Positions 28,605 through 40,100 of a DNA stretch of 64,000 bases are shown here, piece by piece. The notes below the pieces were generated by a model. The model had not been told where the DNA came from, searched no databases, and worked only from the letters and a program-made list of their open reading frames with translations. Each line of letters starts with the position of its first letter. Positions within the stretch are counted from its first letter, which is position 1. The DNA is taken from assembly GCA_963834795.1 (NCBI GenBank), contig CAWIDL010000032.1, positions 168,769-232,768 on the forward strand, given 5' to 3'. This stretch comes from an uncultured delta proteobacterium. GTDB lineage: Bacteria; Desulfobacterota; Desulfobaccia; Desulfobaccales; 0-14-0-80-60-11. The position numbers and the translations under genes were made by a program.

Positions 28605-30480
28605 TCTTTCCTCCGTAATAGAATTTCCCCTCGCTACTTTCGACCTCTTCCAGGCCTTTCACCTCCAAGACCTCTATGGGTTCCTGACGGCCCTTAACCT
28701 GAAGAGTTTCTCGACGACCGGTCACCACTCCCGGGCCCGCCGCTTCGATGGTAGCGGAGCTGGCAACAATGGTCCATCCCAACTTTTTAGTCAGGCCCTC
28801 CAGGCGCGAGGCCGTGTTCACCGTATCGCCAATGGCCGTGAATTCAAATCGTTGGGGCGAGCCGATGTTACCCACCACAGCTTCCCCCGTGTGGAGGCCG
28901 ATGCCGATGCTGAAGTCCAGCAGCCCGCGGTCAGGGAATCGGCCTTCCATCCAGGCGCGGAACTCCCGAGCCTTCTCGGCCACGGACAGGGCCGCCCGGA
29001 TGGCCCGCCGGGCCTGGTCCGGGTGGGACGCCGGCGAGCCAAAAACCACCATGACCGCATCGCCGATAAACTTATCCACCGTGCCCCCTTGCTCCAGAAT
29101 AGGCTCGCACACCCGGCTGAAATAGGTGTTGAGAACCTCCACCACTTCATGGGCACTCAGAGACTCTGACATCGTGGTGAAATTCCGGATATCGGAAAAG
29201 AGGACGGTCACCTGGAGGGCTTCCCCTCCCAGGTCAGGCTGCCTTCCCGTGGCCAGCAGCTTCTCCACCACTTCTTCGGAGACATAGCGCCCGAAGATTT
29301 GCCGCAATCGGGTCCGCTCCCGTTCTTCGCCGGTGAGCCTCAACCCCATCACCCCCAGGTAGCCAATCAAGAGGCCCAGCTGTAGGCTAGCGGTGGGAAG
29401 CAACAGATTGCTGAGGAAAAGTACGAAGGCGCAGACTGCGATGCTCACGGCCAGCAGCGCCAGGGCCGCCAGTCCCGGCCCGGGGGCTAATCTGAAAAAC
29501 AGTACGGTCCCCACGGTGAGAACCGTTATCAGATAAACCAGCCGATAAGGGGTGGCAACCGGCCGGGGGACGCGACCCGTGAGCAGGGTCTCCACGATGT
29601 TGGCGTGCACTTCCGCTCCGCTCATCAAGCGGGCCGGGATATTCAGAAACCCCCGGGCATAAGGGGTCTGGTGCATATCCTGAATTCCGGAGGGCTCATA
29701 GGCAATGATGATCACCTTGTCCTTGAGATTCCTGATCTGCGGATCCTGCTCCGCCCCGGGTAAGAGCAGACGCCGGAATGAAATCCGGGGGATGGTGCCC
29801 GGAGGGCCGCTGAAACCGATGAAAGAAAGGGGAGGATAATTCCGGCCGGCGCCACCGGCTGCCACCCGCTCAGCCAAGAGCTTGCCAAAGGTGACCCACG
29901 CCTCACCCTCAGCCGTGGGAATGGCCGTTAGCATCCGGCGTATCACCCCATCAGGATCGTTGAAGAACTTGACCAAACCCACATCGTCCAGTTTTTCCGG
30001 CAGAGCCCCCCAGTAATCGGGGAGTGGCAGGAGGGCCTTTTCTTTACCGTCGGCGTCGAAGGCCAGGTCGCCAGCCAGAATCACCTGCCCCGAAGCCAGT
30101 TGCTCTCGCAAGGGCAAGTCATAGGTGCGGCTCTGTTCGCTTTCGGACAATTTCAGCCTTTTCAGCCAAGATTCAGCGCTGACGGAAAAAAGAAAATCCA
30201 ATCCGATGACCCTGGCCCCGGCCTGTCGCAAGACCGCAATCGCCCGGGCAAAGTGGGGGCTCCAAAATACCAGAGGCTCATCCTGGTGTTCCAGCCGCGT
30301 CTGGTCATCGATGGCCGCGATAACTACATGCCGGGGCTCATATCGTCGACCAGCTAATTGATGGCAAAGGTCATAATACCAGTCCTCCGGCAACCTCAGC
30401 CATTCACCCCGGATTGCCATTTCGGTTCCTACCCCTAAAAGAACAACCAGCAAGATGCCGTAAAACAACCTTTTTCTCAC
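28585..30480 (-). CDS. CHASE2-domain class III adenylate/guanylate cyclase
   Basis: VVIAAIDD, GARVIGLD, D.DG.IRR, MSGAEVHA (CHASE2), three TM helices, then LFSDIRNFT, DKFIGDAVM, GDTVNTASRLEG. Confidence 0.95.
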   Translation of the reverse strand: MRKRLFYGILLVVLLGVGTEMAIRGEWLRLPEDWYYDLCHQLAGRRYEPRHVVIAAIDDQTRLEHQDEPLVFWSPHFARAIAVLRQAGARVIGLDFLFSVSAESWLKRLKLSESEQSRTYDLPLREQLASGQVILAGDLAFDADGKEKALLPLPDYWGALPEKLDDVGLVKFFNDPDGVIRRMLTAIPTAEGEAWVTFGKLLAERVAAGGAGRNYPPLSFIGFSGPPGTIPRISFRRLLLPGAEQDPQIRNLKDKVIIIAYEPSGIQDMHQTPYARGFLNIPARLMSGAEVHANIVETLLTGRVPRPVATPYRLVYLITVLTVGTVLFFRLAPGPGLAALALLAVSIAVCAFVLFLSNLLLPTASLQLGLLIGYLGVMGLRLTGEERERTRLRQIFGRYVSEEVVEKLLATGRQPDLGGEALQVTVLFSDIRNFTTMSESLSAHEVVEVLNTYFSRVCEPILEQGGTVDKFIGDAVMVVFGSPASHPDQARRAIRAALSVAEKAREFRAWMEGRFPDRGLLDFSIGIGLHTGEAVVGNIGSPQRFEFTAIGDTVNTASRLEGLTKKLGWTIVASSATIEAAGPGVVTGRRETLQVKGRQEPIEVLEVKGLEEVESSEGKFYYGGKSDDDHH

Positions 30481-30620
30481 GTTTTGTAACCTGTAGATCC
30501 TATCTCGAAGTGCTCATCTGACCTTGGCTGGGATTATGCCGCATCTATAGCTGTTTCTGTCACAACGAAGTTTTCGGGACCATTTGCCCCGAGGGAAGGC
30601 TTCAAAACGATCCTCTTCTC

Positions 30621-30931
30621 GAAGCCAAATTTTCTCGTCGAGGGCATGATAGCGCAAATTTGGGCGGAAAGTCAATTTTCCCCAGAGTTCGGGCATACAA
30701 ATCCCTCGGCGACCAGATGCTATCTAGCTGATAAGCCTAAGGACCCCAGGCCAGCACTGATCGGTAGTGGTGCGATAGAGGAAAAGCCGAGGCCACATGT
30801 ACGTACCACCTTCGGCCGTGGGAAAAAGCCCTGGCTCCTACCCCTAGCGTATTGATGTTGCGCTGAAGAGGGCCTACCAAGAATAGCGACTGGCTTGCCA
30901 CTATACGCCCTTCCGCTAATCTTTCCATATG
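30621..30931 (+). repeat. Junction motifs S, T and P (also at 44138-44531)
   Basis: TCTCGTCGA.G.CATGATAGC block; perfect 26-mer AGCCTAAGGACCCCAGGCCAGCACTG at 30734 and 44248; perfect 38-mer P at 30894. Confidence 0.9.
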
Positions 30932-31134
30932 TAATAGGCGATTGTGAGAATCGCGCAGCGCATTCTCATAATCGTCACCATGTCGGAAAGCCTTTCAAAA
31001 ATCGCCTCTCAAAAAATGTGTGACGCATTTGCAGAGGTGTTCCTACGGGCATAGATGCCCAGCCTATCGGGGAGAATTTTTCATCAAAATTTTGGTCCGG
31101 GCCCATACCAGGGGGGGCTGAAAAAAGAAATTAT

Positions 31135-31250
31135 GAAAAATTTGGCGGACAAGGCATTGACTACGGCGGGGCGGTAGGAGTCCCACCGCGGGTTTGCCTT
31201 TCAGGGCCGAAAATCCTTCAGGCTGGTGGCGGCGCCGGGGGGGGACCGCG
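31135..31250 (+). repeat. Junction motif Q, diverged copy
   Basis: AAAAATTT..GGAGTCCC..GGTTTGCCTTTTCAGGGCCGAAAATCCT..GGCGGCGCCGGGG. Confidence 0.7.
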
Positions 31251-31403
31251 GCAGGCGGCTGACCCCTGATGGATGCCAGGGGCCGGAGGCGACGGGGACG
31301 GCGGCGGGTTAACGGAAAAAGGATACAGAAACCAACCTGCGGGGATACTGTCAAATCAAGTCTGATTCAGGACATCAAAATAAAATCATTGTTGCCATTT
31401 CTT

Positions 31404-31835
31404 TCAGAGCCGAGAATTGATTAGCTCAATCAGCTTTCCTCTCCTCCACACTACAAACTTATAATTGATATCCCCTTTTGTTCGAATTAACAAGCCATTA
31501 GGTATGATTCCCATTGTGTTTAGCTTGCTGACCTCTGTTATATCATTTGAAAGGATTTCTGCAGGTTGTTCCTGAAGGTTAATTTCACTAGCAAGGATTT
31601 CTGCAGGTTGTTCCTGAAGGTTAATTTCACTAGCTTCGAATAACACACGGCGGCTTGTGATTTTCAATCTCCCACCGACGACCTCAATTCCTCGAAAAAA
31701 ATTTGCAGCGACATCTGCAAGGATTTCCTCGCCATGATCCGGACTGCTTGAGCTACCCTCGAGCATGCTGCCGCAGTGTTTGCATTTAATCGCCTCATCC
31801 TGTATCTCCTCAGCACAATAAGGGCATTTCTTCAT
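31404..31835 (-). CDS. Zinc-ribbon plus GRAM/PH-like domain protein with a 14-aa tandem duplication
   Basis: [35 protein letters not shown]; perfect 42-bp duplication at 31551-31634. Confidence 0.75.
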   Translation of the reverse strand: MKKCPYCAEEIQDEAIKCKHCGSMLEGSSSSPDHGEEILADVAANFFRGIEVVGGRLKITSRRVLFEASEINLQEQPAEILASEINLQEQPAEILSNDITEVSKLNTMGIIPNGLLIRTKGDINYKFVVWRRGKLIELINSRL

Positions 31836-32179
31836 TATCGATGTCTCCTTAAACCAAAACTGGATAAACCTTTCACCCTGGAGCCGGTTAATGGTTGGGG
31901 AAACAAAAAGCCGAGCCACCTCTCTCCAGGCAACCCGACTATCCACGCAAAAACAGAACTATGGCTCCCCTCCTGGGGATAGGGGTAGCTTGTTCCAGAT
32001 ACTCTCCATTTAATAATAGGGGTAAGGAATGTCAAGCGCGCCAGGGAGTATTTGACATTCACAAGGCTCTCCCGGCGTCAGACCAAACTTTTCCAATAAA
32101 ATTGTTGGGGTTGGGTCCCATCACCGGGGGGGACCTGCTGCTATTTTTCCCTGATCAAAGTCCGGAAAAAGTATTTTGG

Positions 32180-32562
32180 GAAAAATTTACGGACGGAGCT
32201 TATTAGACAGGGGGGGGCATGGGACCCATCCCGGGGTATGCCTTCCAGGGCCGAAAAATCCTCAAGGGTGTGTGGCGGCGCCGGGGAGGGGCCACGGCGA
32301 GCGGTTGCTGCATGGTGGACGCCGGGGGCCCGGGTCGGGGATGGCGACTGCTGGCCGAGGGAGACGAACCTATCACCCAAGGCCGTTGACGCTGAAGGTG
32401 CGCCTGCCCTCTGGGAGCGATAACCGAGGAAACTTCACCCCCATGGGCGTGGGGACAACGGTAGCCGAAAAACGACAGAAAAAGCGGCGTGGGCGGTCAC
32501 CAAGAGCACATAAATTATGGATATGGGAAGTTTTTGGCCCTGTGATAAGTGTCGGATCATAG
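32180..32562 (+). repeat. Junction motifs Q+R
   Basis: GGGACCCATCCCGGGGTATGCCTTCCAGGGCCGAAAAATCC followed by the R module ending GGATCATAG. Confidence 0.9.
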
Positions 32563-32841
32563 CAGCTAGTGAAAGTCCTAAAGGCGGACTTTGTGCTCCG
32601 GGCTGTAACGCTTCCTGCTCATCCCCTTGCCTCCCATTGGTCCATTACTCTAATTTAACATGTGGACCAGTTTTTTGGGGGGCAAGTTATCGGACCCACG
32701 ATAGATTCTCCTTTTGCCGCCTATCTCAGGCGTAATCTATAGCGCAGTAGACGCCTCAACGTTTGGGCCGGGAAAGGTGCCATCAAAAGCCGGGAACTGG
32801 CCAGGCCTTGGGCTGGTTCCTGTATGCCGGTGCTCCCCCGG

Positions 32842-33012
32842 TTATTTCTCCAATGCCGAGTCCAAAATGACGGAGGTGGACAGGCCCGAACTGAGATAGG
32901 TCTTCCGGGCCTCCGTCACCGTGCGTATTGTGTTTACCAGTTCTTCCAGGGCGCAGTCCTTCAGGAGGTAGCCTGAGGCTCCTGCCTTAAGCATGTTCAA
33001 GACAAAGAGAGT
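32842..33012 (-). pseudogene. Internal fragment of a NarL/LuxR response regulator
   Basis: Translates LFVLNMLKAGASGYLLKDCALEELVNTIRTV..KTYLS, closely matching the protein at 35364-36098; no start codon, no HTH. Confidence 0.8.
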
Positions 33013-34335
33013 CTAAAACACAAAATAGATCCGACATGCCCGATCCATATTTTCCCGAGTGAGTTCGGGCTCAAGTTGATAGAAGTTGGAATAATCAATA
33101 ATCTGTTCTACTAGATCACGAGGATGACAGGCTACAAACGAACGTTTGCCTCCATCATATTCCTTGGTTAACAGGTATTCGACTGCCTCCCTGTCAAACT
33201 CCAGCTGATTTTGCCTACAAACAATGCGGAAAATCTCAAAAAACTGCTCCCGATCCACATAGTCAACCTTAACCTTAGACCGGATACGTCTTAAGAACGC
33301 CTCCTCCAATAGGGTGCGTGGCTCCAAATTGGTGGCGAAGACTATGAATTGATCGAAGGGGATGGCGAACTTTTGCCCGGAATGAAGGCACAAGAAATCC
33401 TGTCGATTCTCCAAAGGAATTATCCAACGGTTGAGCAAATCCTGGGGTGGAATCTTCTGGCGACCGAGATCGTCCACAAGGAACATGCCATTATTGGCCT
33501 TTAATTGGAGAGGAGCCTCATAATACTTTAGATCGGAATTGAAGGTCAGTTCAAGCTTATCCAGGGTGAACTCGCCACCCACTACGACGACTGGTCGCTG
33601 GCAGCGCACCCAGCGGGGATCGGACCTCGTTCCCCCTGAGGGCGGGAGCTCCGTAGGACGATGAGTAATTTCATCAAAAACCCGAATCACATTACCTTCT
33701 ACCAAGATGGCATAGGGCACTAGGATGGCGTCATTCCATATCTGGCCAAGCCTGAGGGCCATGGTGGTTTTTCCATTACCTGACGGCCCGTAAAGGAATA
33801 GAGGTTTGCCACTAACCGCTGCCGGTCCGAGCAGTTCCATAATTTCCGAAGAAATTACTAGATCATGAAAGACTTGATTCATCCGTTCAGGAGTTAGCGT
33901 GGTCAACCTGATGGACTGTCTCGCGACTTGATTCCAGTAATCTTCCAGAGTTACCGGCACCGGACCAACGTAAGCGTCGTATTCTAAAAGTTGCGCTGCA
34001 CGCTTCTTGCCCCCATCCGTTAGGGAATATCTAGAGAAAAAGCTAAAGGAACTACCTGAAGGTTTGAAAGGATCTGCACCCCGCATTTCCACATACTTTT
34101 CTTTGTGGAGATATTCCAAAAGATGGGTCAGGATATTGGCTGAAAGCTTTAACCGTTCGACCATATCAGACAGAGAAAAGAGATCAAGATAAAAAGAGTG
34201 CTTTAATATAAGATTAGCAAGGAAAATCTCAGGCAAACCCAGATCCTTGAGAGACTGGGGTTGCAGCAGAAAGTCGGCCTTGCCTTCGGGCTCGAATTTT
34301 TCTTGGGTTACTTGCTTTAAATGGATTCTTGACAT
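33013..34335 (-). CDS. AAA-family ATPase of unknown function
   Basis: Walker A GPSGNGKTT, ANNGMFLVDDLGRQ, FATNL, AFLRRI. Confidence 0.85.
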   Translation of the reverse strand: MSRIHLKQVTQEKFEPEGKADFLLQPQSLKDLGLPEIFLANLILKHSFYLDLFSLSDMVERLKLSANILTHLLEYLHKEKYVEMRGADPFKPSGSSFSFFSRYSLTDGGKKRAAQLLEYDAYVGPVPVTLEDYWNQVARQSIRLTTLTPERMNQVFHDLVISSEIMELLGPAAVSGKPLFLYGPSGNGKTTMALRLGQIWNDAILVPYAILVEGNVIRVFDEITHRPTELPPSGGTRSDPRWVRCQRPVVVVGGEFTLDKLELTFNSDLKYYEAPLQLKANNGMFLVDDLGRQKIPPQDLLNRWIIPLENRQDFLCLHSGQKFAIPFDQFIVFATNLEPRTLLEEAFLRRIRSKVKVDYVDREQFFEIFRIVCRQNQLEFDREAVEYLLTKEYDGGKRSFVACHPRDLVEQIIDYSNFYQLEPELTRENMDRACRIYFVF

Positions 34336-34524
34336 ACACAGATACCCTTTGTGAAATAAGGTGAATGGGGAGATTTATGTAAATTAGGCAATCCTTTCAC
34401 CCCTCCTATTTGCCATCACCAGATCCTTAGTAGTGGAATCCACGTCGATGATCAGGCGCCGCTTGTCTTCCTTCGCAATAAGGCATCAGTTGGCCGGAGG
34501 CCGCATCCAAGGCCACCAGCCCAT

Positions 34525-35265
34525 TTAGGCCTCCTTGCTCTCGGGGATATCAAAAAAACCGCTTATATAATCAACCCTGCCATCTTTATCACAGAATATC
34601 TCTGCCCTTTCTTCTATCCAAATAACCTTTACCCCTATATCTTTTATCCTATATTCTCTCACGTATCTCTTGTTGTCTTTAAGAGCTTCCATAAACTGCC
34701 TCTTTACTTCGTTGAGATCCTCTCCTATGATGACGTCAGACCATTTAATTTTCTTAGAATTGAAGTCGTCCTTTTTGTAGCCGGTAATAGTCTCAATCCG
34801 GTCATCATAGAAGTCAACCGTCCAGTCGACGTAGCCTTTAAAAACAATGGCCGGGATTTGGGTTACAAGCAACCTGTATTTCTCTTCACTCCTCTGTAAA
34901 CTTGCCAAATCCGCCTCAAAGCGCTTGTGGGCCGCGATTTCATGACGTAAGTTATTGTTGGCGTGTCTGAAACTTGCCCCTTTCATGTCAAGGCAGTGTG
35001 TCAGGTTACTCACGAGTAACTGGTGCTTGCGCAATATTAAATATGCGACTATATTGATAGCCATACAAGAAGCAAGAATTGTAGTGATTTCATCACTCGA
35101 GGGGGTTACATTTGATGAAAAGAGATGGATTATTAATTTACATGCAAAAATAATCATTAATGTTATTAACGTTATTGATATCAGGTTCAGAACTTTGTTG
35201 GGCCTCAAGCCTGCGATCATATCTTCGATTTTGATGATAGGCATAACAATATTTGCCATTTTCAT
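34525..35265 (-). pseudogene. Membrane-anchored PAS sensor, probably a truncated kinase
   Basis: Two hydrophobic helices, SEEKYRLLV linker, one PAS/PAC domain, then an abrupt end with no output domain. Confidence 0.6.
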
Positions 35266-35363
35266 CCCTCATTATATCATATAGTTATGCTTATTTCAGG
35301 CAATTCTTGCGCATAATCCAGGATTATGGCAACCCTCTAGTAAAAAACTCGGTCCCCTCGGAC

Positions 35364-36098
35364 TTACAAGGTGGTTAATCCCTGGCAGACAGCATATTTC
35401 GTGAGGCCAGCTACGTTGTGAATCCCCACCTTGGTCATGATTTGTTTGCGATGACTCTCTACGGTCCTCAAGCTTACGTGAAGACTGTTAGCGATTTGAT
35501 TGGTAGTGTTGCCTTCGGCCAAAAGTTGCAGTACTTCCCGTTCCCGGACTGATAGGATGGAAAAACCTGACGGAATGTTATTCCACTGGCTAACAAAGCT
35601 GCTGATCACTATGTCGGAAACTCCGGGACTGAGATAAGTCTTCTTGGCCACTACCGTGCGAATGGCTTTAATTAGCTCTTCCACCGAGGCGCCATCTTTC
35701 TGCAGGTAGCCCTTTGCTCCCGCCTTCAGCATGTTTAAGACAAAGAGACTGTCAGAATGCATCGACAAGGCTATAACTTTAACTTCGGGAGATTCGGCCA
35801 ATATCTGGCGCGTGGCCTCGATGCCGTTCAGATTAGGCATGGAAATGTCCATGATCACCACTTGGGGCTTGAGCTTCTGCACCAGTCTCAGGGCGGCGCG
35901 CCCATTGTCTGCTTCGGCTATCACTTCCATATCACGTTCCGCCGCCAAGAGAGCGCGAAGGGCCTGGCGAACGATAAGATGGTCATCGGCCAGAATGATT
36001 TTGATTGGTTTATCATTCTCGCAGGCTGTTCCCTTTGCCCCTGGGCAGGTTTTATTGCCTGGCCTCATCGATTCCATATTAAGCAAGCCTCCTTCCAT
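35364..36098 (-). CDS. NarL/LuxR-family response regulator
   Basis: LADDH, MDISMP, LSVREREVLQLLAEG..IA..L.VS..TV..HR. Confidence 0.93.
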   Translation of the reverse strand: MEGGLLNMESMRPGNKTCPGAKGTACENDKPIKIILADDHLIVRQALRALLAAERDMEVIAEADNGRAALRLVQKLKPQVVIMDISMPNLNGIEATRQILAESPEVKVIALSMHSDSLFVLNMLKAGAKGYLQKDGASVEELIKAIRTVVAKKTYLSPGVSDIVISSFVSQWNNIPSGFSILSVREREVLQLLAEGNTTNQIANSLHVSLRTVESHRKQIMTKVGIHNVAGLTKYAVCQGLTTL

Positions 36099-36404
36099 AA
36101 GTGATCTCGGACCCTGCTTATAGTAGCCAGCCGGTTATAGTTGATTAATCATGGCTCGATTTTAAGACTAAAGAAATTTAATGACAATTGGTAGGAATAC
36201 TTATTTAAATTGGTAGTGGTTACTTACAAGAATATACTATTCATGGCAATCTTTATTGTTTTTAAATCGAATCCATAACAGCCTAAAAACCTACTTAAAC
36301 AGGAGATTTACTTCGATGGGCATGCACTAACGGGAGTAGAAATACCTGGGTGGAAATACGTAAGATTGCGTAGGGATAAGAAGGCCCGCGGGGTCTAAGG
36401 GGGA

Positions 36405-37076
36405 CTAGGGGTTAGGAGAGGTATATCCTTTACTAAGAGCGTATTTTGCCAGGTCAACGCTTTTATGGAGGTGCAATTTCTGCATAATATTATACCGGTG
36501 TTTTTCGACAGTACGGGGGCTAATAAATAGGAGCCCGGCGATCTCTTTGCTCGTTTTTCCCTCAGCCACAAGCTTTAAGATCTCTCTTTCGCGGGTAGTC
36601 AGGGTTTCTATCGGGAGCTTGGCGCCCTTTTCCCGGTATTTTTTGAAAAGAAGACCCTGTGATTCTGGTGTAAGAATAGTGGATATATAATTTGCACCGC
36701 AGCGAATTGTCTCAATGCTAAAAAAGAGCTCTTTGGACGCATCTTCTTTAACCAGGTAACCATCAACGCCGGCAGATAGCGCTTGCTCCAAGAATTCCAT
36801 GTCCTTATGCATGGTCAGCATCAGCACCTTGAGCTTTGGATAAGACGTTTTTATCTCTTTGGCAGCTTCTATGCCTCGAAGATTTGGCATGGCTATATCG
36901 AGAATGACCATATCAGGAGAAACCCGCTTTAAGAGTTCCAGAAGTTCCAAACCATCGCGGGCTTCTCCAATTACTTCAAGATCTTTAGCCTGTTCTAGGA
37001 GGGCTTTTATTCCTTGACGTACCAAAACGTGATCATCGGCCAAGACAATCTTATAATGGTTCATTGGTTTTCCCAT
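36405..37076 (-). CDS. NarL/LuxR-family response regulator
   Basis: LADDH, LDIAMP, LTTREREILKLVAEG..ISPRTVEKHR. Confidence 0.93.
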   Translation of the reverse strand: MGKPMNHYKIVLADDHVLVRQGIKALLEQAKDLEVIGEARDGLELLELLKRVSPDMVILDIAMPNLRGIEAAKEIKTSYPKLKVLMLTMHKDMEFLEQALSAGVDGYLVKEDASKELFFSIETIRCGANYISTILTPESQGLLFKKYREKGAKLPIETLTTREREILKLVAEGKTSKEIAGLLFISPRTVEKHRYNIMQKLHLHKSVDLAKYALSKGYTSPNP

Positions 37077-37106
37077 CGCAAATAATGTGGTTTAAGTCTT
37101 CGCTAG

Positions 37107-40100
37107 CTATCCAGCCAGCACCTCTCGCACTTTCCTCAGGAGTTCTATTACGGTGAAAGGCTTATGGATAAAGTTAATATCTGGATCTAAAACCCCATGA
37201 TGGACGATGGCATTTTCGGTGTAGCCTGACATAAAAATCACCCTCATCTCCGGATGCGAACGCGATAGACGTTCCGCCAACTCGCGCCCACCCATTTTAG
37301 GCAACACGACATCGCTTAACAACAGATCCAGTGGCTTTTCATGCTGTTCCCCGGCCCGCAGGGCTTCAGAACCATCACGCGCCTCCAGTACCTTGTACCT
37401 GTGCATTCCCAAGGTCTCGCAAATCAAATCCCGCAACATATCTTCATCTTCCACCACTAAAATTGTCTCCAAGCCCTGTAACACTTTTGTCGGGGCTTTC
37501 CTCTCCCTCAGGGGCTTAACTGTTCCTTCGACCCTCGGGAAGTAAACCTTAAACGTGGTTCCCTGCCCGGGCTCGCTATCAACCCAGATATAGCCGCCGC
37601 TCTGTTTGACGATGCCATACACCATGGCCAGGCCCAGCCCCGTACCCTTCTCATCCTTCTTGGTGGTAAAAAAGGGCTCAAAAAGGTGGCTGCGGGTTTC
37701 AGCGTCCATCCCTATCCCATTGTCACTGGCTACCAGCAATACATAGTTGCCGGGAACCACTTCCAAGTGCTTATTGGCATTGGCGGCATTTAAATAAACG
37801 TTCTCCGTCTCGATGGTGAGGTTGCCGCCGCGGGGCATGGCATCCTGGGCATTGATCGCCAGGTTCATAATAACCTGCCCCATCTGCGCGGAATCGGCCT
37901 TAATGGCCCATAACTCCGGGTCAAGAACCATCGCTATGGCGATATCTTCGCCAATCAAACTCCTGAGCATTGGTTCCATATCTTTGATTACGACATTGAG
38001 ATCCAAAACCTGGAGTTCCATGACCTGTTTACGGCTAAAGGCCAGAAGCTGGTTGGTCAGGGCTATGGCCCGGGTGGCCGCTTGCAAGATTCCTTTAGCA
38101 TGGCCATGGATGGGATTTCCTGCTTTAGTTTTATTGATAATGGAGTCGCTGTACCATCGGACGACCGTCAACATATTATTGAAATCATGGGCCACACCTC
38201 TCGCCAGTCTCCCCACAGCTTCCATCTTTTGTGCGTGCCGAAAGTGGTCTTCAAGTTGCTTCTGTTCAGTGATGTCAATGAAAGATCCCAGGGTGGCTGT
38301 CTTCCCCATGTATTGGATTTTAACGACCGTCTCCATAATCCACTTGATTTTCCCGCCTTTTGCAATGACCCGGTATTTGTATGGGATAGAGGTCTTTCCC
38401 CGTAACATCTTCAAGGTGTTTGCTCTGACTGCCTCGCGGTCTTCGGGGTGGACTAAATTCCAAAAGTTAAAATTTAATAATTCTTTTTCATTATAGCCGA
38501 TGGCGTTTTGGAACCAGTGGTTGACAAATTTAAACTTTTTATCCGCGAGGATGTAAATTCCAACCGGCGACCACGACATTAGATTCCGGGATAATTCTTC
38601 GGCCTCACTCTGTTCGGAGACGTCTTTAAAAGTGACCACGCCTCCCTTGACTTCACCATTTTCAAGAAGGGGGGCGAAAGAGCACTCCGCAGGAAAGCTA
38701 GTGCCATCTTTTCTCCAGAAAATCTCCTTTCGGCCATGATAAGCCTCACTCTTCCGAAGGGCAGCATAGACCGGACACTCCTCTTCTGAAGCAGGAGTGC
38801 CATCGGCTTTTGAGTGATGCCAAACAAGGTGACTATGCCGGCCTAGAAGCTCTCCTACTTCATAACCAAGCATCCTGGCGGCTGTAGGATTAACAAAGGT
38901 GTGGTTCCCGGTCAGGTCCAGGGCGATAATCCCTTCCCAGGTTGAGTTTAAAATTAGTTCCTGCTGACGACGTAGCCGTTGGAGTTCTTCTTTCGCCTGC
39001 TTGCGCTCCTCCTCCACGCCAATAGCGGCAGCGATAATGCCCAAGAAAAGCAAGTCGTTTGGCGCCGGCTCGATATCGGCCTGGTAGACCACGCACATGG
39101 ATCCCACCGCGACTTGCTGACAATGGACCACAGCCCCGATATAAGTCTCTAAGTTGTACCGCCTCACATTAGGGTCAGTTTGCGCGTAATGACTTGCCTG
39201 CAGGTTTCGGACCACCAAGGGGTTATCGGCCCTTTTACAAATAACATCAAAACAAACGTGTCCTTTCGCGACATCCAGCGCCTGATAATCCGCCGGTGTC
39301 TGCCACTGTCCCACGGAGAAGAGTTTATCACCCTGGAGACGGTTGTAAAGCGCGCAGGTTCCCCCCAAAAGATTGCCCCCAACTTCCACCAACTGTTGGA
39401 TGTTTGCGTCGAAATTATTACCGAAACCAAGGAAGCAGACGTTGAGTCTGGCCAGCCTTGCCTCAACCTGCTTCCGTTCGGTGATGTCGGTCCCATAAAC
39501 GTTGAGGTAATTCCTTTCATTGATGGGATGTAACATCAGCGAGTAAACGATATTATCGCAAATTACCTCGATCTCTTTCTTCAGACCAGAAGCCAGACAT
39601 TCCAAGGCAAACTTTTTGGGATCATCCGCCAGTTGTTGGCCGATCTCACAGCCCCAAAATTGCAGTAGTTGTGAACTGCTTTGATTAGCAAAGAGGATTT
39701 TTCCATCTCGGGCGATTCGCAACACCGGGTTCGGGTTTTCACTGGGGAAGTTTGCCAGATTTACAAATTTCTGAAAGACCTCTCTTTGTTCCCGATAATT
39801 CTCAACCTCCCGTAAGGCGCGTTGCATTGCTGGTACCAGGCGGGTTAACCGATCTTTCAAAATATAATCTTTAGCCCCAAGCTTCAGCGACTCAATCGCC
39901 TTATCTTCGCCCACGACGCCGGAGATGAAAATAAAAGGTATTTCCGAGTGATTCTCCTGAACATAAACCAGGGCTTTCAGACCATCATAGGAAGGCAACC
40001 GGTGATCGCCGATGATCAGATGGGGTTTAAAATGGTCAAGCGCTGCAACAAACGCTTCTTCGGTTTGTACCTGTTTTAAAGTGTAGGTTAATTTTGCCTT

